NCBI GenBank assembly: GCA_963804995.1
Contig: CAWDSK010000006.1
Location: 128,001-192,000 of the forward strand
DNA: 64,000 bases
Source: an uncultured Acidobacteriota bacterium
GTDB taxonomy: Bacteria; Acidobacteriota; Terriglobia; UBA7540
Direction: 5' to 3'
Below the pieces are notes generated by a model, which made no database searches, was not told the origin of the DNA, and worked only from the letters and a program-made list of their open reading frames with translations. The position numbers and the translations under genes are program-made. Shown in pieces: positions 23,421 to 33,308 of the stretch; positions within the stretch are counted from its first letter, which is position 1, and each line of letters opens with the position of its first letter.

Positions 23421-23581
23421 GGTGACCTCATAGTGTTGCTGTTATCGATAGAGGGGCGTCTTTATGCCTACACCTTGTGAGGCTAAGCTCGCCGGTGCCA
23501 CAAACACCAAATGGCTCGATGACCCGATGGCTCAGCCCCTAGCCCCTAGTCCCCAGCCCCCATCTGCGAGCCCCTGGCGGG

Positions 23582-24247
23582 TCACATCGCGCCCGTCTTG
23601 ACCACGGGGCGACTCGATTGTATTCGCTTCGTTAACACTATCGCCGCGGTCATGGCGATAACCAGTGCGGTGGCAGTTATTAGCAACCAGCCGGGATGTC
23701 GCCCCAGATGTCGCAGACCGAGAACGAATCGGCGGCCATAGCGGGACGCAATTGCGGCCAGGGCTCCGTAACGCACGGCTCGGCCCACAGCCACGACGAC
23801 GAGGAAGGTCCGGAGAGGGTAGTTCAGCGCGCCGGCTATGGCGAAGAACGTGCTCGTCGGAAAGGGAAAAGGCACAACAGTGGAAACCACCAGAGCGCCC
23901 GTACCCCACCGCTGGAAGTACTTCAGCAGTCTCGCCACCTTGCGCTTTCCATACTTGCGGTGGAGATAGTCCAAACCGGCCTTACGCGCCATTCGGAATG
24001 TCAAAAAGGCGCCGATGACCGAGCCGGCCGTGGCGACTCCGGCGTAGTAGTACCACGGTTCGCGGTGCCGCGCCGCGAGGATGGCGGTGAGAATGTCCAG
24101 GCCACCAAAGGTTGGGATGGGGGTACTGTCGACGATCGCGAGAAGGAACAGTCCGAATACGCCCAAGTGCCGCAAGACCGCCGCGATCCCTTGCCGCGGT
24201 CGTGCCACTGGTTGAACAAAGTCCGCGAGTGACTTGAGAAGTTGCAC
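23582..24247 (-). CDS. VTT/DedA-like (YqaA-type) membrane protein
   Basis: LFLLAIVDS..P..GGLD, ATAGSVIG, PFPFP, GRAVRY. Confidence 0.8.
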   Translation of the reverse strand: MQLLKSLADFVQPVARPRQGIAAVLRHLGVFGLFLLAIVDSTPIPTFGGLDILTAILAARHREPWYYYAGVATAGSVIGAFLTFRMARKAGLDYLHRKYGKRKVARLLKYFQRWGTGALVVSTVVPFPFPTSTFFAIAGALNYPLRTFLVVVAVGRAVRYGALAAIASRYGRRFVLGLRHLGRHPGWLLITATALVIAMTAAIVLTKRIQSSRPVVKTGAM

Positions 24248-24365
24248 GATTACCCGGCGTTACAATACCACGTTTTCAGCGGGCCGCCCTGTCCGCCAAC
24301 GTAGCGCGGTCCCCCGTTTTTGGGGCCCGCAGCTCTTCGTTTGGAAAACCCGCAAATCTCTCAAT

Positions 24366-24516
24366 TTGAACTCATAGCCCTCGCCCCTCTGGGGGAGAGG
24401 GTGGACCGCAGCCGGCGTTCTCATCAGCCGGGGCGGGCCGGGCCTACGCCCACCGAAGGGGTGACTGGGAGCTGTAAACAACCTCGGCTTCGGCCCGCAG
24501 GCGGGTGAGGGGGTCC
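24366..24516. repeat. ~150-bp CCCTCTCCC/GGGTGAGGG dispersed repeat; near-identical inverted copy at ~56939-57088, related copies at ~11490 and ~55658
   Basis: Shared gggggagagggtggaccgcagccggcgttctcatcagccgggg...ttcggcccgcaggcgggtgaggggg. Confidence 0.85.
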
Positions 24517-24736
24517 CCAGAAACAAATTGAGGAGCAAGCGAACGTTGGCGCACGAGAAGAAGCGCAGGCCTATCTTGTAGCGCGGCCCCCCGCCTTTGG
24601 GGTCCCGCGGTTCTTCATCTGCAATACCCGCACGGACGGCCGCGCCACGATATATCCCCTCAAATGACGCAGGAAGAACTTGAGCCCCCAAGAGCCTGCC
24701 CTGAGCAAAGCGAAGGGGGCGACCTACCACAGCCCA

Positions 24737-24820
24737 GGCCGAAGGTCCGCCGATCTTAATGGTGGGCCGAAGGTCCGCCGATCTTAATGGTGGGCCGAAG
24801 GCCCGCCGATCTTAATGGTG
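24737..24820. repeat. 28-bp tandem repeat x3
   Basis: ggccgaaggtccgccgatcttaatggtg three times without spacers (one substitution). Confidence 0.92.
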
Positions 24821-25518
24821 GAGCAACACCCTGGGTCAACAGATTGGTTCCCGGCCCGAGCCCTGTAGAGCCTGCCCTGAGCAAAGCGAAGGGGGCGATC
24901 TAAGCAACCCCCTGAACCGCCCCACTGGCTGGAACGAACGGGCACGATGGTGAGTAGGGTTAGCGCGCCCCTTCAGGGCTTACCGATGGAAAGGCGTGGC
25001 TTCCTTGACCCAGGGCGTTGCCCTGGGCTTTGTTAGGACGCCCCGTTGGGGCTGGAAGGTAGCGGCGAGTTTACCTCGCCATTTTCCATGATCTCTCCGA
25101 GCTCGCGAACCGGAATCCGGCTGGCGCAGAGCGAGCTCAGCTCTGCGATTCACGTCCCTGCCCCTCCCCCCGAGGTTCCCGACCTCTAGATGCTCTTACA
25201 AGCCCAGCCACGTCCAGCCCCTGATTTTGTTATCGGAACGATTCGTCCGTCTTTACCATGGACCGGGTTGCTTAATCCACACTAAATCGCAGGGCTGTGC
25301 TCGCCCTGCGCCAACCTGCCAACTGACTTGATTTGCACAAAGTCGCAGAACTGGGCTCGTTCTGCGCCAGCCCGCCCCATACTGTAGTTCGTCCCCCATC
25401 GACAACAAAATGCTGTGGACCTGAACCCCAGGTCCGCGCAACGCTTGCTTTGCGGTAGTGTTCCAGCCCGTCAAAGGCCAAGGTGTGGCCACGGCGGTCA
25501 TTAAGCCAGACCCCCGGT

Positions 25519-26469
25519 TCAGCCCAACATCCGCCTTCGAAGAAAGTAAATAAACGCGCACAGCCAGAGAGTTCCAGCGGCCATACTGCACGCTAGCATT
25601 ACATGCCTCGCCCGTATGCCCAAGCCAACAAACTTCTGGTAGTCATGTTTGTTGATCTGCGTGCTCAGGGCAAAGGCAGGGTCTACTTCCAGCTTGTCTT
25701 CCAGCTTGTACATAAGTGCTTCGTGCCTCTTCACATGCCCCAGTGCACGCCTTTGAATCTTGTCCCAGGCAAGAGAGATTATGACGCCAACCAAGGCAAT
25801 GACAAGACCAACGTCCGGGTCATTGGGTAATTTGCCGGTCGTGAAGAGGGCGACCAAAAGAATTGCGTTCGCTGCCCAGAATGTGCCGAAGATACTCCAG
25901 AGCACCTGGTCTTCACTGGAGCGCAAACTGATAGCATTTGAGAGTTGGCCCCACTTCTCCTCCCGCGTGAGGCGCTTTCGCATGCGCCACGCGGATATTG
26001 CCTTGCTGTGCCCTCCCCCACATATATTGGGGGGAAGGTTCTCCAGACCAAAGTATGTGGGATTTGATCCGGGCTCACCCTCCTGCAAGGTACCCCCAAG
26101 AATGGTACACCTGTAAACAAGGAAGACTCCGCACCCTTTCGGATGGTCATCGAAAAAGAAAGCATCGAAAAGGCTGTCAACTGACACGACCAATCCCGTC
26201 TCTTCACGGACTTCCCGTACAACGGCCCGCGCTGGATCTTCGTCCGACTCCACATGCCCCGCTGGTAGGTTCCATTCCCCCTTGAAAGGTTCCGTGGTTC
26301 GGCATTGGAGCAGGAGGCGTCCATCCAGCTCTATTAGAGCCCCGGCTCCCACGATGAGTTGCTCATACTGAACCCAACCACACTCGGTACAGACGGCACG
26401 CTCCCTGCCCTCTATGTTTGTTCTTTGGAGCCGCGAGGCGCAGGCGATGCAAAACCTTCCGTTAGACAT
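25519..26469 (-). CDS. Zn-ribbon NUDIX hydrolase fused to a C-terminal multi-TM domain
   Basis: RFCIACA...VCTECG ribbon; Nudix box GHVESDEDPARAVVREVREETG; about three hydrophobic helices after residue ~185; GAGGAGG RBS. Confidence 0.85.
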   Translation of the reverse strand: MSNGRFCIACASRLQRTNIEGRERAVCTECGWVQYEQLIVGAGALIELDGRLLLQCRTTEPFKGEWNLPAGHVESDEDPARAVVREVREETGLVVSVDSLFDAFFFDDHPKGCGVFLVYRCTILGGTLQEGEPGSNPTYFGLENLPPNICGGGHSKAISAWRMRKRLTREEKWGQLSNAISLRSSEDQVLWSIFGTFWAANAILLVALFTTGKLPNDPDVGLVIALVGVIISLAWDKIQRRALGHVKRHEALMYKLEDKLEVDPAFALSTQINKHDYQKFVGLGIRARHVMLACSMAAGTLWLCAFIYFLRRRMLG

Positions 26470-26491
26470 GGTACATCCCCCTCCTCAAGCG

Positions 26492-26609
26492 GGTAGCCGC
26501 AGTCAGTGTCGTTCCGACTGTGGGTTCTTCCTTTGGTGAGGACTCTTCCGGTCAATAGCATCGGGCATGAGAAAAGCCCACGGTCATTAAAACGTTGACC
26601 GCGGCTACC
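26492..26609. repeat. GTAG-type REP doublet (inverted pair), site 1
   Basis: GGTAGCCGCAGTC...GACTGTGG arm and inverted CCACGGTCA...TGACCGCGGCTACC arm. Confidence 0.88.
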
Positions 26610-27885
26610 CCGCTGTCCCACTTGCGGATTCCGCAATCATGTCAACTACGCGCAACAAGCCTTCCGACGATGCCACCGCGAAACGATCAGAAAGCGTAGG
26701 CGAATACATCCGAACGTCCGCTGCTGTGACGTTGTGCCAGACGGGAAGAATGATTCTCTTCCCGCCCGATTCTCTGCTCACCAGCCCGTCAAGTTCCTTT
26801 TGTGGCCACTCCTTCGAGAAAAAGGCCGGGCTGAGTACGACAATCCCGAATCTAGAGGCAGATAGCCCTCGATCAATAGATCTCCTCAGACTATCCCCCA
26901 ATCGTAGTGTGTATTCATCGAACCAGACATGAAAGCCACGCTTTCGGAGGGCCTCTGCTAGCGGTCGGACAAAAGCCTCCTTGTCCTCAGTAGCATGGCA
27001 GATGAAGACATCCCATGTCTTATTGTCATTCTCTGGCCGGTGGTCAGACTCTTTCCCAGACTCGGAAAATTCGAATTTTCGAGCACATGCAAGCAACTCC
27101 CGACCAATGGAAGCAAATTCTTTGGCCTGGTCCAGCTGCAATTCAGATCGGGCCTCTAATATCTGTCCTGCCTGCCGCAATGAACTTACGGTCGTTCCGA
27201 GATAGGCTGCGTCCCACGGGTCAGCTATCCATGTGATGCTACTACTATCCCCGGCCTTGAAGGCGAGCCAGAACACCTTCTGCCTAAGGAAGTCGTCGAT
27301 CATTCGTCCGGTGCCATCAGTTGATGGACGAGTTCTTAGTTTGACCTCCTGAAGTTCTATTGGGTGTGCCTGTTGCGGGTAGAATTTCACCAATCCTGAG
27401 TCTACGGCCAAGCGAATCGAATTCACCACACACTCGTTTACGAGGAACGGGTCTGGCTTCAGATCAAACATGCTCTGCTGATGCGTGATAACTACATAAC
27501 AATACGCAAGGCGCCCGTCCCGAGAATCTGTAACTGCCACGCGAACGTAACTGGCCGCCCGATTCCTCAGAGGTTCCCAAGGCCATTCTATCTGTAATAG
27601 AAGTGGCACACTTGAGATGCAGAAGAAGCCTGGCGATTTGTTCCTAAATCTGCTCCCGAGGGCTCGGGCAAATCTGAGCGCTCCTTGCTGGTAAGCCTGC
27701 ATCGCAGGAAGGTCCGAAAGCGCTTCTCGAAGAAGGGAGAATCTCCATTCCTTGCCGTACCCGCGAGCAATGAAGATAAAGGCGAATCCCCCGGGGTTCG
27801 GCTCCGGGGCGGAAAGCTTTACAGTGCGCTCGCTCTCGAAGATCATGGCGAGACGTTCGATGCCCCGTTCTAGTTCTGTATCCAT
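26605..27885 (-). CDS. TIR-domain protein (C-terminal TIR_2, unknown N-terminus)
   Basis: WDVFICHATEDKEAFVRPLAEAL...VWFDE...GDSLRRSIDRGL...VVLSPAFFSKEWPQKELD...ILPVWH; likely start MDTELE at 27885. Confidence 0.9.
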   Translation of the reverse strand: MDTELERGIERLAMIFESERTVKLSAPEPNPGGFAFIFIARGYGKEWRFSLLREALSDLPAMQAYQQGALRFARALGSRFRNKSPGFFCISSVPLLLQIEWPWEPLRNRAASYVRVAVTDSRDGRLAYCYVVITHQQSMFDLKPDPFLVNECVVNSIRLAVDSGLVKFYPQQAHPIELQEVKLRTRPSTDGTGRMIDDFLRQKVFWLAFKAGDSSSITWIADPWDAAYLGTTVSSLRQAGQILEARSELQLDQAKEFASIGRELLACARKFEFSESGKESDHRPENDNKTWDVFICHATEDKEAFVRPLAEALRKRGFHVWFDEYTLRLGDSLRRSIDRGLSASRFGIVVLSPAFFSKEWPQKELDGLVSRESGGKRIILPVWHNVTAADVRMYSPTLSDRFAVASSEGLLRVVDMIAESASGTAG

Positions 27886-28003
27886 AACTAACCGAAAGGA
27901 GAATTCTCTGACTATATACACCCTGTGTGGGGGGAAGACAAGGGGCCCGAAGACAGTGAGAGCAAGCGCAGCGTGGACCTTTGCGGGGGTGCGGCAATTT
28001 GCT

Positions 28004-28077
28004 GTAGCGGCGGGTTTACCCCGCCACGCTGCCCGCGATCGCGTGGTATAAAATGGCGGGGTAAACCCGCCGCTACG
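28004..28077. repeat. GTAG-type REP doublet (GTAGCGGCGGGTTTACCCCGCCA family)
   Basis: Perfect inverted pair; single related copy at ~25059. Confidence 0.85.
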
Positions 28078-28567
28078 CTTGCTGTCCGTCCCCAGATCCA
28101 AATCCCGAATCCCTCGTCCCCCGCCCCCGCCGCGCCACACTCCCCCGTATCGTCTATCGGTGGGTTGGTAGCCGAACATGAGCCCAAAATGCACTGCGGG
28201 TTCGACAATCACCCAATCCCCGGATGCCTCAGTGAATCGATGACCCGATGGCTCGATGGCCCGATCACCGGATCTCCTGATCTCGCCATCGCCGGGCTAC
28301 ATCGCGCGCCAGGCGCCCGCAGCGGACAATGTGTCTGCCATTTTGCATTTTTGGGCTACTGGTAGCCCGAAGGTGCGTTTATCTTATTGACATAACCCAG
28401 TCCATTAAGAGCACAATAGAGGTGAGGATGCGTAGCTCCATGATGCGTCCAGGCAACCCTCGAAGGACGGCGGACCCCAATATTGGGGATCTGCCATGCC
28501 CTACCCTGAATGCTGGTTGTGTTTGCGAACATTTTTCTGTGTCTTCTGCGTTCCGAAGAGCTTTCAC

Positions 28568-29357
28568 GTCGAGTAGAGAGGAAGCGCACCACATGCTGAC
28601 CACGCCAGTCCAACGGATTACCGGGACGTGCACGCAGGGCACGCGTGTTTCTTCCTCCCCCTCTAAAATTCCGTACGGTGGGTTTTCCCCAGTACGGCTT
28701 CAAACGGGAATTCCTCCGCGACCTTCGTTCGCCCGGAGTGGCTTAAACCGACACCCCGCGCTCGCTTATACGCGGCCCAAGTTCCTATCTCCGAGAAGAG
28801 CCACGAGCCGTAGAGGGACTTTCGTCCAAGCGGCACTCCCCTCTTCTGACAGAACGCTCCCGTCCAGAGGTCCTTGGCTCGCCAGCGGGTTATATTGTCC
28901 CGCCGGGTCGTCGCTTACTATGACCTCATCCGAGACTCTCGACTCCTCCGGACCGGCTTATGACTTTGCCGCCCGGTGCTACCTGGGCCGAGAGGTTCCC
29001 CAATTTACTCCGCCTGTCTGTTCTCTCCGTGCCGTCTTCCGTACCCCGGCAGACCGAACGATTGCGCTTGGCTGTTTCTTCATCGTCCGCTTTGGCCTTC
29101 CCCATCTCTGTAGAGGGTCGGCATCTACAAACCCACGCGCTCCGGTTCCAGCGTGGCTGTGTAACGAGGCTGCAAAGTTCACTTTATGGTACGGCCCGGT
29201 AGAGTTGCTAGCCCCGCACCGGCCGGGGCGTTTACGTTCGAGCTTTCACCTCCTGAGTCGCCTCAAGCAGGCGTCGAATATAACTACGCGGGTAAATCAG
29301 CCAATTCCCGCGGCCGGACTTGCACCGGCAAGACAAGCAGCCTTATGGGCTGCAAAC
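28568..29357 (-). ncRNA. ORF-less group II intron (~790 nt)
   Basis: 5' GTTTGCAGCCCATAAGGCTGC; domain V AAGCCGTACTGGGGAAAACCCACCGTACGGAATT; domain VI ending CTCTCTACTCGAC; no RT ORF on the sense strand. Confidence 0.82.
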
Positions 29358-29704
29358 AGAGGTCACAGCGCAGCCGGGCCGCACCCCCAAAAGCATTTCA
29401 CCACGGAGGCCACAGAGGTCACGGAGAGTAGACGGAGAAAAAATTGCGGGTTAACACCCACGGAAGCGGGATCTCTACCGGCGCCATTAGAAGCGCTTTT
29501 CTCTGTGGTCTCCGTGCCCTCTGTGGTGGATCTTTTCTGCGCACGTCCTTGCTCAAGCGGACTGGGGTGTGTTTGGCGGCACGGGAGGCGGTCCAACTTG
29601 ATTGGCTATTACACCTCGCGAAGTCCGGCGCGTCACGAACCTGCTGCTGAGGATCAAACGCTATGAGCCTCAGATGGAAGCGTTAGAAAAAGCTGCGGCT
29701 CTCC

Positions 29705-30094
29705 ATGATGTGCAAGAAAAGAAATGGGTTAGCCATTGAGAGTAAGAATGTCTGAAATCTCTAACTCATTCAGATAGCGAGATTTATGCTGAAACATCGG
29801 GGCCAAGGCGAAAAAACGGGAGCGGCCCTCCATGATGTAATAGAAACAAAAGGAATTAGCCCTGATGAGCGAAAATTGCGCAAAAATCTATATTATTGAA
29901 ATTAAAATAGTTAGCTTGTCTTCGCTGGTCTGTGTCAAAAATGAAAGAGGGGGATCAAAAAATGACGCTGCCGTTCTGTAAGTCACTGAAAACACATGTA
30001 GAAAAAATGTCTGTTCTGCGCCTCTCCATGATGTTGATGAAAACACGCTAGTTAAAGCATTCTCTCCATTATGTTGATGAAAAGAAAGGGAGTT
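29705..30094. repeat. AT-rich array of GATGTTGATGAAAAC-like motifs (array 2)
   Basis: Copies near 29705, 29831, 30027, 30068 plus degenerate ones near 29890 and 29980. Confidence 0.75.
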
Positions 30095-30512
30095 GTTCGC
30101 CGGGATAAACCGGCAGGAAGCAGAGGCCAGTTGGCGCAGAGCCAGGATTTTTGGCTCTGCGTCTTGCACAGAACTTGAAATGAAATTATCAACGGGCCTA
30201 TCCAAATCCGAGCGTAAACGGGCGGCGAGAGCCATAAATCGCAGAGCTGAGCTCGCTCTGCGCCAGCCCGCCACCCGATGGTCAGTGGCCGCCGGCCCAC
30301 ACTCGCCCGCTTCGGTAATCGGCGGGGTCAGGTGAGAAGATGAATCAAATGCTGACATCGAAAATCGCAAATCACGAATCGCCATTCACAAATGAGCCGA
30401 TCTCCCGATCACCGGATCGCCCGATGGCCCGCTCTGCGCATACCTTGATTTGGCGTGGAGCCGCTACAAGTCTATACTGCTAGCCCGACCCGAAGTCGGA
30501 AAGGACTCTTAG

Positions 30513-31985
30513 ATGTTTTCTATTTCCCGGCGTGATCTTATGGCTTCCTTACTATTTCTTCCCGCGGCGCTCCGCGCTGAGAGTGATTGGATTCCTCTTT
30601 TCAACGGCCATTCGCTTGACGGTTGGAAAGCGGATGCTCACCCTCACTCGTTTCGCGTTGAAGACGGAAAGATTGTGGCGACGGGACCGCGCGCCCACCT
30701 GTTCTACACAGGCCAGGTAGAGAAAGCGAGCTTCAAGAACTTTGAGTTAAAGGTGGAAGTGCTGGCGCGGCCGGGAGCGTCCTCCGGCATTTACTTTCAC
30801 GCTCCGTTCCAATCGCACGGCGGGCCGGCCAAGGGCTTCAAGATTCAAATCGACAATGTCTATGCGGGTGAAGGCGATGACCGCGACCGCCGCAAAACCG
30901 GCTCGCTTTACGGCTGCCGCGACATATACAAATCGATGGTGAAAGACGACGAGTGGTTCGAGCTCCACGCCGTGGTGCGTGCGAATCAGGTGCAGATTTG
31001 GCTGAACGACACCCTGATTGTCGATTACATCGAGTCTGACCCACCCGTGCAGTCCGCCACTACTCCGGGAGACGCCTTTGACCGCGGCACCTTCGCGCTC
31101 GAATGCCACGACCCGCATTCCAAGGTCTATTTCCGGAACCTGCGCGTGAAGCCTTTGCCCGATGATCTGAAGACACCGAATGAGACTCGGCCGAAACCAG
31201 ACGAGGTTTACAGTGACCTGTTGCGCATGCATCAGGAGGGCTTTCCCGTGGTGGACTACCACACGCACTTGAAGGGCGGCCTGACGCTGGAAGAGGCGCT
31301 TGCTAACTCTCGCCGCCTGGGAATCATGTACGGAATCGCGGTGAACGGCGGGTTGGGATTTCCTACCACCACCGACGCCTCGCTGGAACCTTTCCTGGCC
31401 AGCATGAAAGGGCAGCCGTGTTTTGTGGCGTTGCAGGGCGAAGGCCGCGAGTGGGTAACGCTATTTTCGCGGGAGACCATCGCCAAGTTCGATTACGCCT
31501 TCACCGACGCCATGACCTGGACCGACGACCACGGCAAACGCATGCGGCTGTGGATTCCCGAGGAGGTAGGTGAAATCGCCGACAGTGAGAAGTTCATGGA
31601 AACGATGGTAGACCGCATCCTGGGAATTCTGAACCATGAGCCCATCGATATCCACGCCAATCCTACCTTCCTCCCCGATGTCCTCGCGCGCGACTATGAT
31701 CGTTTGTGGACACCGGAGCGGATGCAGAAAGTTATCAACGCCGCGAAGGCCAATGACATCGCGATCGAAATCAATAACCGCTACAAAATCCCCAGTGCGG
31801 CTTTTATCAAACTTGCCAAAAAGGCGGGCGTGAAATTCTCCTTTGGAACGAATAACGGCGACCGCAACCTGGGGCGGGACGAGTACGCGGTGGCCATGGT
31901 GAAAGAATGCGGGCTTACCTGGCAGGACATTTTCATTCCCAAACCAGAGGGCCAGAAGGCGGCACAGAGACGGAAAGCGGCGTGA
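30513..31985 (+). CDS. DUF1080 (3-keto-disaccharide hydrolase-like) plus PHP-like domain fusion, Tat signal
   Basis: SRRDL signal; LFNGHSLDGW, FKNFELK, SGIYFH, ALECHDP..VYFRNLRVK; then DYHTH, IEIN, FSFGTN. Confidence 0.82.
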   Translation: MFSISRRDLMASLLFLPAALRAESDWIPLFNGHSLDGWKADAHPHSFRVEDGKIVATGPRAHLFYTGQVEKASFKNFELKVEVLARPGASSGIYFHAPFQSHGGPAKGFKIQIDNVYAGEGDDRDRRKTGSLYGCRDIYKSMVKDDEWFELHAVVRANQVQIWLNDTLIVDYIESDPPVQSATTPGDAFDRGTFALECHDPHSKVYFRNLRVKPLPDDLKTPNETRPKPDEVYSDLLRMHQEGFPVVDYHTHLKGGLTLEEALANSRRLGIMYGIAVNGGLGFPTTTDASLEPFLASMKGQPCFVALQGEGREWVTLFSRETIAKFDYAFTDAMTWTDDHGKRMRLWIPEEVGEIADSEKFMETMVDRILGILNHEPIDIHANPTFLPDVLARDYDRLWTPERMQKVINAAKANDIAIEINNRYKIPSAAFIKLAKKAGVKFSFGTNNGDRNLGRDEYAVAMVKECGLTWQDIFIPKPEGQKAAQRRKAA

Positions 31986-32034
31986 AGGGGCGGGCCGCGA
32001 GGGTGGGTTCGAATTCGTCCCGTTCCGGCGGTCA

Positions 32035-33189
32035 CTAGGTGCGAACGTCGCGGTGACGTTCCGCGACGATAGTCACCTGCATGTCGCGCGCGTGGCGAAC
32101 GATGCGGTGGATTAGATTTCTCCCCAGGAAACCCTCCCAGGGCGAATACTGCGGGCGCACCATGAAGATCTGTGTGATGTCGTGAAGGCGAGCAAATCCG
32201 AGGAGTGTAGTGGCGATGTCCACGCCTTGAAGCACTCGGGTTTCAATGTGAAGGTTTCGCGCGAAAGTGAGGTGCCGCTCCACGGCCTCTCGTTTCGGCA
32301 CCGGCAAGCTACTGAAATCCATTTCGGAGTGAATGAACACCGCGAAGCACTCCGCCTGGAGATAATCGGCCACTCTGCGGCCGCGACGGATAAGCATGGC
32401 GGTAGACGCGTCCTCCGTCACGTATACGAGGAGGCGATCGTTAAAAGGCCCAGGAGAACTGATTTCCGTGTCAGACGTCTCAGTCGGAGCCGCGGGGGTT
32501 TCAAGGGTGGGATCGGGAAGCGCCACTTGGCGGATCTCGACCTCGTGGGCGGTTTGGCGCAAGGCGATTTCACGTAAAGCCACCAGGGTGGATTCCTTGA
32601 AGAAGTTCTGCATCGCCCGCTGGGCTTTTTCCGGAGGATAGACGACGCCGCGCTCCAGCCGGTTGAGGAGCGCCCGCGGCGTGAGGTCGACCATGACCAC
32701 TTCCTCCGCCTGCTTCATGACCCAATCCGGAATCGTCTCGCGAACTCGCACCCCGGTCATATTCCAGACCTGATCATTCAAGCTCTCGAGGTGCTGGATG
32801 TTCATGGTGGTCATCACATCGATTCCAGCCTCCAGCAGTTCCAGGACGTTTTCCCAGCGCTTTACGTGACTGCAACCTGGCACGTTGGTGTGCGGCAGTT
32901 CGTCCACGACACACACCTGGGGGTGCCGAGCGAGAATCGCCTGCGTGTTCATCTCCTCGAAGACAGACCCGCGATATTCTATTTTGCAACGTGGAATCAA
33001 CTCCAGCCCTTGAGCTTGCGCAATCGTATCGGTGCGCCCGTGGGGCTCGAGGTATCCGATCACTACGTCGACGCCCTTCTTCACCAGCTCATGAGCGTCG
33101 GTGAGCATCTGGTAGGTCTTTCCGACACCTGCGGCGTATCCCAGGTAAACCTTGAGCCGGCCGTGTTGTGGAGCACTCGTATCCATCAT
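32035..33189 (-). CDS. kdpD: KdpD N-terminal (KdpD domain + USP) protein without TM or histidine-kinase part, copy 1
   Basis: GRLKVYLGYAAGVGKTY, EPHGR, VVDELPHTN, TTMNIQHLESLND, VRETIPD, LREIALR; USP-like C-terminus. Confidence 0.88.
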   Translation of the reverse strand: MMDTSAPQHGRLKVYLGYAAGVGKTYQMLTDAHELVKKGVDVVIGYLEPHGRTDTIAQAQGLELIPRCKIEYRGSVFEEMNTQAILARHPQVCVVDELPHTNVPGCSHVKRWENVLELLEAGIDVMTTMNIQHLESLNDQVWNMTGVRVRETIPDWVMKQAEEVVMVDLTPRALLNRLERGVVYPPEKAQRAMQNFFKESTLVALREIALRQTAHEVEIRQVALPDPTLETPAAPTETSDTEISSPGPFNDRLLVYVTEDASTAMLIRRGRRVADYLQAECFAVFIHSEMDFSSLPVPKREAVERHLTFARNLHIETRVLQGVDIATTLLGFARLHDITQIFMVRPQYSPWEGFLGRNLIHRIVRHARDMQVTIVAERHRDVRT

Positions 33190-33308
33190 GTGTTCGCGTA
33201 GGGAACAGGAGGTAGGGAACAGGGAATAGGGAACAGCGCCCATTCCCAACTCCAAATCCCAACGTCCGAATCCCTAAATCCCCACTCCTTACTTCCCAAT
33301 TCCCAGCT

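Noticed and set aside
24737..24820. Possible CRISPR array
   Set aside because: 28-bp units are contiguous with no spacers, and there are no cas genes.
27886..28212. N-terminal 109 aa of the 535-aa TIR ORF
   Set aside because: Reads through a REP doublet and GC-rich non-coding sequence; the likely start is 27885.
28329..29666. 445-aa plus-strand ORF
   Set aside because: Antisense to the ORF-less intron and repeats; Ser/Pro/Arg-rich with no motif.
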